NCBI GenBank assembly: GCA_050084985.1
Contig: JBITNC010000001.1
Span: 193,378,001 to 193,442,000, forward strand
Reading direction: 5' to 3'
Source of the DNA: Nageia nagi
Lineage: Eukaryota; Plantae; Pinophyta
DNA: 64,000 nt
Made by a program: the position numbers and the translations under genes. This document shows positions 52,085 to 64,000 of this stretch, in pieces; the stretch's first letter is position 1, and every line of letters starts with the position of its first letter. The notes beneath the pieces are model-generated. The model saw nothing but the letters and a program-made list of their open reading frames with translations. It had not been told where the DNA came from and did no database searches.

Positions 52085-55000
52085 CACTCATCCAAATCCA
52101 TGTGCCCCAGTGTGAAGTGATGAATTGACCTTCCCAAGTGGAAATTGTGACCCTAAAATTGACTAAGTGACCCAAGGACTCAGTCACATGTTTTTTAGGT
52201 AGTGAAAAAGAATACATCCAAATTCGTGCACCCTGGGATCAAGGACCAAAATTTTTTTTTAAGTGTGAAAAGCCAGGAGTTGAGTAGTCAAGAAGACAAG
52301 TGGCAGACATGCATCATGCCATGCACGAACCCTCCATGCATCTCTAATAAAAGAGGGCAGCCATAGTCCATTTTTGCAGGACGTTCTGCAGCCTAGACCT
52401 GCACATCTAGCCAATTTTTCTGTACCCTTGAGGCTCATTCAGCTTGATACTTAGTCATTTTAGGGTATTCCCAGCCAGTTTTCAGTCCTTTTCTACAAGT
52501 TCTTGCATTGTTTTTTCATAATTCTAAGATGATTCCTAAAGTGAGGCCTCCCCATCCAAGGCCAAGAAAGTCTAGGGGCAGCGTTTTGAAAGGCATGTCA
52601 ACAGAGACTAGAGGGAAAGGCTCTTGAGGGAGAGTTGAATAGATATTTAGGAAAGAGAGAAACCAGAGCTCCCTGAATCCAGATTCAAGGGGAGATACAT
52701 CTTCGTTGGAGCCACAAACTGGGGAAATGTTGACCCCATCCAGACTATAGCCTCCACTACCTCCATCAGCAAAGAGGATTTATCAAATGAACTCATCCAC
52801 TCTTGTGTATTGTTCAACGCTATCGTGATGCTTTTTGTAGTTCCATTTCCTGACTTGTGCTACGAGGTAGCCAAGCGATGCAAATTTGAGAAGAGAGTTC
52901 TCTTGGACATCGAAGGAAATGTAATTATGGACTTCTCTCTGGAAGGGATTGAAGCAGCTTTTGTTTGGAAAAGATATGGAGATGACTACACACTAGCCAA
53001 TTCAGAGGAGTTCTGTGATTCTACTTATCGGCTTGGAGATTATATCAGAAGATGGTTGTATGAAGATTACCAAGGAATCCAAGTCCAGAGATTGATTAGC
53101 ACTCGTAGGGAGGAATTCTTGCCTACAGTGGCTAAGTTGATCACTTTGTTTTCCAAGGGCACAGGTAAGGAGAATGACTCCAAGTATAGGAAGGAGTTCA
53201 CCGGGTTTATTGTAGTAATTAGCTCAGGGACAGCTATCAGATGGAGCAAGGTAATCAGTGATGCCTTGTGCCACCAGCAGACTTACTTTGGCTCTTCTAG
53301 AAGATTTTACATGAACTCCTATCTTGTGTACCTATTGTTGCATGGCAAACTTAGATCGTGAGAACTTGCGGATGAAAGGAATTTGGGTTAGAAAGGCATT
53401 CCAATGTGGCGGATTTACCCAAAGCGATGGTACCACAATAAGTTTCATCATTTGTATGAGAGGACCAATCAGTGGGAGTATTCTATCTACAAAGACATCA
53501 AAGGAGAATCGGTGGTAAAAAGAATTTCTAATGCTGCTATTTAGGCCATCAACGTACACGCAGATTTCTATTTGCGATATGCTAATCATACTTATATCAA
53601 AGTCTACAGCTCCGAAGAGCAACCCCTACTTCTGCCCAGATATGCTAGTAACAAACTCATTCTCATGGAATTTGCTAGACAATTATTGTTTTTGAAGGAA
53701 CAAGTATGGAGAAAGAAGGATGCAACCATTTAACTTTCCCATCTCAATTGCAAGTTATGTTTGCCAAACGTGGGTTGTGGCCAACAGTATGAAGAAGGAG
53801 CTACAACAATACATCTTCTTCAAGATGATAGCTAGGAATTATGATCCCAGAGGTGTTATTGCTCATTTCTACAACATCGCATTCTAGAAATCTGTCGCTT
53901 ATTAACATAAATCTTTAGGGAATGTGAAGTACTGAAATGTGCAAGATGAGGAGGGGATAGCAAGGATATATGCTTTCTTGAGGAGAAATAAGGCTCCCCT
54001 TTAGGTAGAAAAGACACCTCAAAGACCTAGAACTGTGAAGGCAAGATCCAAAGAGGTCCCATTAAGGATCAAAACATCTCCTCCTTTTGCAAGTGTTATG
54101 CCTCCACAAAGCAAGACATCCTTGCTTCCCATCGAGAAAAGACAAGGAGCTTCCAGGGAGCACACCTCAAGACTTAGCCAATGCAGTGTGGTGATGGCTG
54201 ACCTAAGAGATGCTGGCTATCACACTGACCCCTTAAGCATCTTGGAGGAAGCATGTGCCAATGATTCACCCACTGAAGAAATCCCTTCTAGATCCACTCG
54301 TCTTCCTGGATGTGGAGAGAAAGTTCCTCCTTTGCAACCAAGTTCCAGTTCTTCCAAACATTCCACTTCTTCTTTTGATGAAGAAAATGATGAAGAACCC
54401 TAACATACAGTAGAAGGCTCCAAGGAAGAGATAGAGAGTCAAAGAAATGATGAGGAGAGCCGCTGTGAAGAGGAAGAAGGAGAAGAAGATGATGATGCAG
54501 TTGATGAACAATACCTCGAACAAGGCAACGTAGCTGTAGGTGCTTTTGCACCTGATGAGACGGAGATTGAGACTCTCTTAGATGACAATGAGATTGTAGA
54601 CGTTGGTACCTATGATGATGAGCGTCAGAGTGGAGTGCGCCAAAGAGGTGGGTGCTTGCAAGCCCTCTCCTGAGGAACATAGAAAGTGGTCACCCTCGTC
54701 TTCCCAAAAGCCCTTTGTGAAGAGGACCAACCATGAAAGATCCCCTCAGCCATGAAAGAAAGGCATATCAATCAGTGGCAATGGTGGAGATGAAGAAGAC
54801 GAAGGTGAGATTGAAGAATAGAAGAAGAAGAGAAAGCAGGACGAACACTAGGGTAAGGAGATTGCCCTTGTCCAGATCACTCCAACCAAGGAAGTCAAGA
54901 AGGTTAGTAGAGGCTGATTGTTGGTGCAAAGACTCCTCCCTAGCCAACAACCGAACATCTGAATCTTGACTTAGATGCCTACCTTAGAGCCTTGAGCATG

Positions 55001-57320
55001 AGTATGACTCATAATGAGGAGGTAGATCAGGACTTGAGATCTGAGGATGAAAAAGAGGAGCTCTCCTATGGTGAGAAGGTTTGAAGAATTGATACATTTG
55101 TTTCCAGACTGTTAGCACCACCCCTGTCGACTTGAAGAAGCAAGCCTCGTTCCATGAAGGATGGGAGCTGATGAAAGACCAACTCAAGAAGGAGACGATG
55201 GAAACTATTGAAAAGTTGTCTTGTCAAATATATAGTCTCCTCAAGGAAGGTGTCGAAATCCAAGAACTCAAGTCCCAAATCACAGCACACGTCGAGAAGT
55301 TGGAAGGACATCTCCTGAATGTCACCCATCTATAGCAGGTTTTTGCTGACAAACCCAAAAAATCGGTCTACTGCCACGAGTTTATCATCACGACTAGTTG
55401 AAGCATGCACTTGAAAAGTGCAATGCCGTTTTAAAAGAAAGGATCCCCTTAAGAAAGGAGGTTGAGGAGCAAATGAGTAGATATGTGTACCAACTTAGAT
55501 TTCAGTGGGAGGATAACAACGTACGAAGGAAGCAGTACTAGCAAAGGCCCAAAACTTAAATCAAGAGCATCTAGATGTCGAAGACCTCAGTTTGTTGAAG
55601 GTAGGGCATCCCATCATCCATGAAAGGCAAATGGTCATCTGGAGATACCAGATGCAGGCTACATCCAAGTAGATTGGGGACTATTTTCCGCAGAAATGCA
55701 GCATTGTTGGCATGGTTTCTAGAGGAGTGCAGAAAACTGTGGTCTTCTTGGAAGAGATTATTGAGTCGTACGGTCTCACTAGCGAGGAGTGGAACTCTGT
55801 TGGTACCGGATCAGATCTGGCCTAGATCTGATCCACTCGTTGATTCTGTTTGTGATAATCTTTCTTTGTTTAATGCATATTGATGGTGGTGGTTATTGTT
55901 ATGTTAAGACTTTATTTGATTTGGCTAGTGTAGGGATGAGGTTTTGCTTCCGCTAGATCAAATCTGTCAGACTTATTAATGGTTCTGACCAGTGCAGGGA
56001 TGAGGTTTTTCTTCCGCCGGTTCAGAATCTAAACATTTATTGCATATCTGATTTTATTTTGCATAGGTTAGTGATAGATTAAATGCATTCCGATTGTGGC
56101 ATTTATATTTTATCAACTTTCAAGTGCCACTTGCATCGTTTTTTGTGATCAGATTTTGTATCGGTATGTGTGTTGCGTGTGTGCACACCATATCAGATTT
56201 GATGCCTTTAGGGCAACACTTCTGGTGGCCTACTTATACCCCATCCGGGCCATCTAGAAGGGGATTTTTGCGTATGTGAGAAATTTTGCAAAAATTGGAG
56301 GATTTTTGCATAATGTTGATTGCATGAGATTTTGCATTTGTAAGTACTGGAGGATTTTTTGCATTTGCAAAATTGAAAACTATACTATATGTGCCATTTC
56401 CGCATATTATTGTCTATCTGTGAAGATTTTGCATATACGTAAATTTGCATATGAAAGATTTCAGCATTCCACTGCACAAGGGGTTCTATGCGTGTTATGA
56501 TTGCGTATTGTTACATCTCTACTATACTTTGAATATCATGTTGAGGATACTGCAGTCAAGTAAGTAATGTTCTTGTTCATGTCATTGAATATCATTATGA
56601 ATTGATTTCTTTCTAGAATAGTGTTATAAAGTAAATACTGTGGAGATTATCATTTGTGGGATCATGCATATTACCCTAGTGGTTTGAGTAGTTTTTCCTC
56701 TTAAAGTGTATTCTTTTGAAAGCCATGAGTTTCAAGAGAAGATTATTGAATATTTGTTGAAGTGGTTTAAGTTGTTCATTGCATGGTTTGCATGTAAGTG
56801 AATGTATTTTGGGGCGTATAGCTTGTCTCTATGTCATTTGGTTAGACTTGTGTATTCACACCATCATTTTCTTTTACCTTCACTCCATTGAGTCTTCCAC
56901 CAAGACCCTACAGCTTCCTACTCTCGTTTGTTAGTAACTTGAGCACATATTGCTATTTGTTGCTCGACTTGATAGTGAATACATTTTTTCTTAATGAATT
57001 CGGAGATGACTTGCCGAGACACTGCATCAGTGGTGATGTCTTCATAAGTTCATTATTCATATTCCTATGCATTTATCTCTGCATGTGTGATCATTCTTTG
57101 CTTTCGTTCACATTTGCAATCTTTCCTCTTTGTGGAAAACGAACTCCGATGGTGTATTTCCCTTGTATACGGTTAACAACATGCATCTTTGACTACTATG
57201 CCCTAGACCATATTCCATGTGAGCGCTTGGGGTAACCAGTCCTTTCAGGCGGAAACAAGTAACGCTATTTCCTCCAAGTCTTGTGCATGTTTTGGGCGAG
57301 GAAAGAAAAACATACCAACA
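52085..57320 (+). mobile_element. Giant LTR-like element, subfamily B, 5' part missing
   Basis: Carries the homologous decayed ORF and the 3' terminus CATACCAACA at 57320. Confidence 0.85.
52529..55825 (+). pseudogene. Decayed accessory ORF, subfamily B
   Basis: Fragments 52810-53361, 54035-54403 and 55132-55335; ends GATCTGGCC-TAG as in family A. It has an internal deletion near 55085 relative to family A. Confidence 0.8.
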
Positions 57321-58799
57321 GAAGGAGTCTAGACCCTATGTGGGTTTACAATGATTTTGTTGGTGGAACATAGATTAATATATTCACCAAGGATGAGAAA
57401 AATGGAAGAAGTGTACAAATGGTTAGATGCTAAATGTGATATGAATCATAAAATGTGTTGTTAGGCATAGGAAAGATAATGGATGAGGTGGATCAAGGTG
57501 AAACAATATGATGATTTACAAGGTCAAACTCTCCTAGGGTTGTGAAGGGAAGAGAGTCCCAACAATTCCAAGTCTTCTTTATCCTGGAGGACCAATGAAA
57601 TGTTGCAAAAAGAAATGAAATAAAATATTTTTCCTGAAGTGTATACAAACCTTTGCTACAAAACTCGCAACGAGTTTGAGTTTGAGTTGGCTCTAATGAG
57701 TCACTCAGGCCTAGACTTGTGAGTTTTGATAACTTAGCCAATTCTTGTCTTGAGACTCATGAGTCCACACTAGTTGCAAGTCTTGCTGAAACTCACGATT
57801 CTTGACAAAAATACTTGCCACTTACAAAATGGGTTTTAACCGAGTTTTTCAAGTCTTGTTGAGTTTTTTTGCCAAGTCCTAAGTTTTCACCTAGTCTTGA
57901 GTTCTTGCTAAGTAAATACATCTTAAGTTTTTCCAATTTTTTTGCCAAGCCCTAATCCAAGCCCCCAGTTGGCCTTTGCGGACTTTGAGTTTCTCTGCTA
58001 TAATATAAATTTAAACTCTTGAAAAGTTTTGATTAGCAAAAACATGCAATAGGTGGTTGAAAGACCACATTGTACCCTTCATTGGGTAGTTATCATGGGT
58101 CGACCTTGTGATCACGGACATTGGATTTGCCATTATGCAGTCCTGTCCTTAATTTCAAATATTTAAATATCAAGGATTCAAATGTTTAAATCATAATGGA
58201 AAGAATGGGCCACAAATCAAACCTCTTCTTTGTTGCAAGTCCTTATTCAAGGCAATTTGAAAATTTGAAAAGCAAAGCAAGTGTTATATAAAGCTAAGTC
58301 ATTTGGTTTTTCGCGTATCATTATGCATAGTGTACACTTTAAAGTTTTCAGATTTTTGACTACATGATTACATGCTTGTCTACTGTTGTCCATGTTCTTT
58401 TGTTGTTACTTCAACTACTCTTTATATTTCAATGCTATTGGAAACTTGCTGGGAACATGCCAAGCACTAGAGGGGTAACAAGATCCCTTGGTGGTGGTTA
58501 AGGCTTCTACTGTTCCCCTCTTCAAAAAAAGGAACATTTGCCCTCCCATTTTGTCTTAAAGGTGTCTTGTAGGTTGCAACAACTTTGAGAAGTTACAAGG
58601 ACGAACATAATCAAGTTGTAGAACAATAGAACTAGGTTGCAGTCGGGCAAGTAATCTGCATGGGCTTGGATCCTGTTGTCATGGACTCCTAGATTTGTAA
58701 TTGTATACCTATGCTAGTGCCCAAATAAGTACCTCTTGTTGTTTTTTTCCTATATTATGCATGGTTATTGCATTTCTTACTGTATAATTACTGTTTGTA

Positions 58800-59958
58800 T
58801 GTGACGTACCCCTTGTTTAGTTAGTGGGTCTGAAAGATTCTTCTTTGTAATATACTTTATTTATGTATTTGCACATTCATAATTGTAACTTAGGATAGGA
58901 GACTTAATGGGTCAATGGACCCCATTGTGAGCCCCAAGTGGGATGGCTCCCTCCTAAGGATAGATTAGGCATTTATTATGTACTTGGAGATCCCAATAAT
59001 AATTGTGGGAATCCCAAGGTCTATAGCTACAATTAGGTGATGGATGGATCATTATTTACTCACACCAGTCTTGGACAGGCCCACACACTCCCACATTGGC
59101 CTAGTTGGACACCAGGACTCTCACGCATGACTTCTTGATCCAAGTGGGCATGCGTGGCACACTTAGACTCAACGTTGGCACTTAATGCACTTTGGCCCCC
59201 TACGTTGGCATGCCTAACCCCTACGCACCTACGTTAGGTATTTCGGGCCCCCAGGAGGCTAACGTTGGATTAGAGGAGCTAGGTGATGACTCCTAGATGA
59301 GATCCGGATAGAGCTAATGTATAAATAGACATCGGAGCCTCATTACTGGATATATATTGATTATTATTACTTCTACACAATCTAAAGGTCAACAAGTCTT
59401 AGCGGTGCTAAGCAACCTTTCCTAGGCGCAACATCTAGAGCGCATTCAACTTGAGGGATCTTGTCTGTCTATAGCACTGGTGTAGCACCTTTACCCATCC
59501 AGTGGTATTCCGAGGTATTGCTTCTACCTTTGGTGGTTATCTAGGATCTGAGGAGGGCCGCTTCGGTGGGGAGGATTCTTATTCTGAGGAGGCATACTAT
59601 CCCATGGTTCCAGATATTGTGTTGTGCCCTAGTTGGCTCTTGAGAGGCCAACGTCAGCCCTTATGGGCATGATATTTTATTCATTGAGCATTATATATAT
59701 TGCCAAGGGCATTGGATCTCATCATTTGTATTGTCTATATCATACTTGTGCATGCGTTGGATTACTATTGCTGTGTATACTTATATTGGCTAGACATTGG
59801 CATTATTGTGTAGTTAATGCTTGTATTTGATGCCCTGGCTCCAACATTGGCTTTGTAGTGTTGTTTATGCAATTTGTGGATGCCCTAGACCAAACGCTAG
59901 GGTTGGATTATTATAATGTGCTAATTTGTGCTTGAGATTGCATTTTTGGATCATCACA
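58800..59958 (+). mobile_element. Solo LTR (1159 bp), TGTGA/ATCACA family
   Basis: TGTGACGTACCCC...GGATCATCACA with TSD TTGTA/TCGTA (one mismatch). Confidence 0.9.
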
Positions 59959-60190
59959 TCGTAGCTATGCTTAGTGCTTGTCCCAATATATTTATTGTTT
60001 TCCCATACATTTATCATCACAATTATTATTGATTGTTTGAAAATGGTTATGCCTTAAATCGACTTTCTTTGTTAGGGTATTGTTTCTATCTATTATACAT
60101 AAAAAAATATTCTTCATTTTGGTGTCATTGCCTTCGAGAATTTGTAGTGTCAATTTGTGTGATTGTGTTAATTACAATCTACACATTGTG

Positions 60191-61106
60191 TGTGATGATC
60201 CAAAATTCAAATTAGGAGCAAATAAGCAAATTCCAACCAACAAACCCTGACGTCAAGCCTAGGGCATCAAACACAAGCACATAAACCCTCAAGATGGTAA
60301 CGTTAGGGTTAGGGCATCCAAACCAAGCTATCACAATGCAAATAAGCCAACGTCTAGCAAGTACATGCAATAAACAATAAACAATACTCCACAATGCCAA
60401 CGTCTGGCCAATGCACAACAGTAGTAATCCAATGCATGCACAAGAATGATGTAGACTGTACAAAATATGAGATCCAATGCCCTTGGTGATATATAGAATG
60501 TACAAGGCTCAACAAATACAATATCGGGCCCAGAAGGGCTAACGTTGGCCTCCAAGGAGCCAACTAGGGCATAACAATATATCTTCTCACCACTGGAACA
60601 ATCCTCGAACCATGGGACAATATGCTTCCTCAGAATAAGATTCCCCTCCACTAAAGGAGTCCTCGTTAAAACTTGGGTAATCACTGAAGGTAGGAGCAAT
60701 ACCTCAGAATACCACCGGGTGAGCAAACGTGTTGCACTAATGCCGTAGATAGATAGGACCCCTAAGCTTGAATGCCGTCTAGATGCTACGCCTAGGAAGG
60801 TTGCTTAACACCGCTAAGACTTGTTGTCCTTTGGACGATATGAAAGAAATAATAATTTTGTATATCCAGTAATGAGACTCCAAGGGTTAATATAGCCTTC
60901 CTTTGTTTTGAGTACACCTCAATGTCATCACCCAATCCCCTCATGGACCAACGTTCGCATCTAGGGATCAATCTAGGCTCAATGTGGGTATTTGGGCCTT
61001 CCCTATGCTCCATGTGGACCCAGGAATGCATGCGTGGGCCTACAAAGCATGTGTGGGCACGTAGGGGGGCAACGTGGGTCTTAAGGCCCAATGTGGGGGT
61101 CTAGAA
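60191..61106 (-). mobile_element. LTR of the same family in - orientation, interrupted at 61107
   Basis: TGTGATGATCC at 60191; similar to the reverse complement of the 58800-59958 LTR. Confidence 0.85.
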
Positions 61107-61604
61107 TGTTAGAATTTGTAATGAAATATTGTGAATATCTAAACTCCTTGTAAATTCAATTAATCACTTAAGGGTATGTAGATATCTTAAGAGATTAATA
61201 GAATTATTTAATATGTAGACTTTGACTTTACCAAAGTGGTTAGTTGGTAGGTTAAAGTTAGGTGATACATTTATTGTAACCCTAACCTTACCCTTGGGTT
61301 AAAGGGAGGTTAGGGAGGTGCTCTCAAGCTATAAATAGAGGGCCTCTCCTCTTGTAACATAACTAAGTTCTTGGAGTAAGATTACTCTACTAGTTGTGTA
61401 GGAGAGGAAGAGTATAGTTGTAAGAGAGGCGTACTTGAGAATTTAGATACTAGTTGTGGATGTACTCCCAAGGAGGGAGGAACCACATTACACTTGTGTT
61501 ATCTTGAGTGATTGTGTTATCTTGTGTATGATTGAGTTTCCTAGTCTTAGGTCCTAGAGGATTTGTTTAGATATAGTTCAAATCCTTCAATCGGTATCAG
61601 AGCC
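61107..61604 (+). mobile_element. 5' LTR (61107-61589, 483 bp) plus tRNA-iMet PBS (61592-61604)
   Basis: TGTTAGAAT...CCTTCA, CTATAAATAG at ~61329, then an AT spacer and CGGTATCAGAGCC. Confidence 0.85.
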
Positions 61605-61730
61605 TTGTTGTGGAAGCTCTTCTTCTAGGTGTAGAAACTCTCCTTGTTGTGGAATCTCTTCTTCTTGGTGAAGAAGCTCTTCTTGGTGTGGATGCTCTTC
61701 TCTTGGTGTGGAAGCTACATCTTGGTGATC
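61605..61730 (+). repeat. Short tandem repeats (~18-24 bp, TTGTGGAAGCTCTTCTTC-like) after the PBS
   Basis: Direct reading; several degenerate units. Confidence 0.8.
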
Positions 61731-62650
61731 CTTCTTCATTTCTCATCTTACACTCCATTGGTGAGGTAAATTCCAAGAGAAGGTATAAATTTCCTCCTCA
61801 TTTGATCATTTTTTTTGGATTATTGCATTAGATACTAACATATTTTGTGAGATATTGGAGCTTATTTCTTGCAAAATACGATTAAAATGACAATGCAAGT
61901 ATTTTTTTTTTTCTATACTAACCTCTTATGTTAGTAGCATTTTTTTTACAAAAATGCTCAATACATGCTATATTTTTTTTTAAGAGGATACTATGAAATG
62001 CCAATATTTTTACTAATATTTTTTTATGTTAGTAGTATTTTTTTATTACTATTTGCTTAAAAATAGTAAATTGTGAAATTTCTCATATATATACTACCAT
62101 TTTTTATGTTAGTAGTATTTTTTTGGTGAGTCATGAACATTTACAAAAAAAAAAAAATGAGAGGAGGATAATTGTTTTTTGGTCTACTACAAATTTTATG
62201 AGGGCACAATAATATTTATATACATTTTTTTTTGTATATACAAAAACAAAGATATTTAAAAAAAATCAAATAAGTTTTTTTTTAAATTATCAATTTATAA
62301 ATAAATTAAACCATATAACAATTTATTAAATTTGGGGGGGGTCGAATAAAACGAATACAGGCTGCGCGTGAACTGTTTGACGAAATGTTGCGCAAATTGT
62401 TTGACAAAATGCGCCTCGCAAGCCAACTCCTGCTGAGCTTGGTTGGATTGAGATCTTCAAAAAAAAAAAAAAAAAGTCAATTCCCTCCTTCAGGAAACGT
62501 GCAGAACTTGATGATTCTGTTCCTGATGCAGAGGTTAGAACAACAAAGTTTGCTAAGAGAAACATTTGTGTTTATTGTTTGGCCATTGTTTAATAATAAA
62601 AACAGGGGGCAAGACAAATAATATTAAATTAAATTAAAGATTTCAAATCA

Positions 62651-62851
62651 CTTGGAAATGGCGGGCTTGCTCGCCTGTTAGCATGTTTGATGGACTCCCT
62701 TTCAAGTTTAGACTTTCCAACCTGGGGATATGGATTGCGTTATCAGTATGGATTGTTTAGACAAGTTATACTTGATGGGTTTCAGCATGAACAACTAGAT
62801 TATTGGTTGAATTTTGGTAATCCTTGGGAGATTGAGCGCATTCATATTACT
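62651..62851 (+). pseudogene. Alpha-glucan (starch/glycogen) phosphorylase fragment, 67 codons
   Basis: [67 protein letters not shown] carries conserved GT35 motifs. No splice sites at its edges; runs in frame into a PPR-like piece. Confidence 0.9.
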
Positions 62852-62884
62852 CCTCCTCCCTGCTCATTGCTCAGATTTAATGGC

Positions 62885-63295
62885 ACGCAATGCACGCAGA
62901 ATATGCACCAAAACGGATACGTTGACAGGATCCGCAAATTGTTTGACAAGATGCATGCTTCAGACAAAGATTCATGCACTGTAATGATCGCTGGATCTGC
63001 TTCATCGACCCTCCTCTTTCGGCCAAGGATTTGGGGGTAATACGAAGCTTGGACCTGCTTTCCGCCCGAAAATGCCCAAAAGATCTGAACGAGTAAAATC
63101 GGTTGACCTTCATCCACTTCCACGTCCATGGCAGACGCGCAGGGAAGGCACGTGAGTTGTTTGCCAAGATGCACGCTGCAGACATCGTTTCATGGCCTGC
63201 AATGCTCGCAGGATATGCACCAACCAGCTATGTTCAAACGATCCGCGATTTTTTTAAGATGCATGATGCAGACCACGTTTTATGGACTGCAATGC
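62885..63295 (+). pseudogene. PLS-type pentatricopeptide-repeat gene fragments (another at ~62355-62415)
   Basis: [29 protein letters not shown]; KARELFAKMHAADIVSWPAMLAGYA; AARELFDEM. Confidence 0.75.
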
Positions 63296-63759
63296 ACTTT
63301 TTGCTCCCGGCTGGGTGGTCAAACACCGACTGGCCGCCCCACGCGGCCTCCGCCCACCACTCTTCACGTGCCCTCACCTACTCTCCTCGTCGACTTTGGC
63401 TCCAGCCACCCCTGCCCAGCCTCTCCACTTCCACGTGGCTTCCTTTGGCCCTTCCAATTTTTTTTGTCAACTTTAGTTGTTGGGTATTTAATTTTTTTTT
63501 ACCCACTCCCAATTTGATTTGATTTTTTGCCTTAGTCCCACTTAAATCTTTAAAGTTTTTTTTTCCCTAAGTCTTTTTTAAGTAACCACAGGCTATATTT
63601 ACTTAAACTAGATACTTCCCAGACCCTTTTTTAGGGATAATCCCTTAAGTGACAAATAGGGAGGCACCATACTTAACCACCATTTTTTAGCATCCAAGTT
63701 GTTAGCACTTTAAGTAAAACCGGGGGGGATTTTTATAATTTTTTACTTATATCTTTATG

Positions 63760-63853
63760 GATCTTGCATGCTAAATAGATCTTGCATTTTACTTAAATCT
63801 TTATAGATCTTGCATGCTAAATAGATCTTGCATGTTACTTAAATCTTTATGGA
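63760..63853. repeat. Two-copy 46-bp tandem duplication
   Basis: GATCTTGCATGCTAAATAGATCTTGCAT(T/G)TTACTTAAATCTTTAT occurs twice. Confidence 0.85.
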
Positions 63854-64000
63854 TTAATGCTAAGTAGGACTTAGCCTTTGTAAAAATCATTATTTTTGAA
63901 CTTGAGCAAAAATATGAAAAATGTAAAAGTCCTTTAGGGGTTAGTACAAAACCCATTGGACTCTTAAGGTTTCAAGTTCGTGTGGATGGAGTATTTTCAC

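Noticed and set aside
43296-57325. CCTTC before copy 3 and GAAGG after 57320 as an inverted TSD
   Set aside because: TSDs are direct repeats, and a 5-bp reverse-complement match is plausible by chance. The sequence after 57320 does not visibly continue the gag interrupted at 43300.
57321-58799. Possible further PAC exon or DNA-transposon remnant
   Set aside because: No PAC C-terminal peptide (LLRVDFVREVD-like) and no clear terminal inverted repeat or TSD found by eye.

Overview
Repeat-dense plant nuclear DNA. Giant introns, the LTR families and CpG depletion suggest a gymnosperm, but that is an inference. The only host-gene coding sequence I can support is two intact exons of a PALE CRESS (PAC) homologue (32077-32127 and 38118-38297, + strand), so the whole window is probably intronic. 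The rest is nested retroelements. (i) A family of ~6.6-6.7 kb units bounded by TGTTG...CAACA, two of them with 5-bp target-site duplications (TSDs), at 5847-13213 (+), 15343-21960 (-) and 43301-50020 (+), with partial or divergent copies at 50976-52084, 52085-57320 and 1080-~14770. They have no internal LTR pair and no gag/pol, yet each long copy carries one decayed ~3-3.5 kb ORF, usually between two TATA boxes. The best reading is a giant LTR that encodes its own accessory gene in U3; one copy is followed by a tRNA-Asn-like primer-binding site (PBS) and gag. (ii) Many ~1.2 kb TGTGA...ATCACA LTRs, as solo LTRs and as Gypsy elements with gag and protease only. (iii) An L1-type LINE with an extra 3' ORF. 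(iv) An LTR+PBS element whose interior holds alpha-glucan phosphorylase and PPR gene fragments. All coordinates and similarities were read by eye; no alignment or database search was run.
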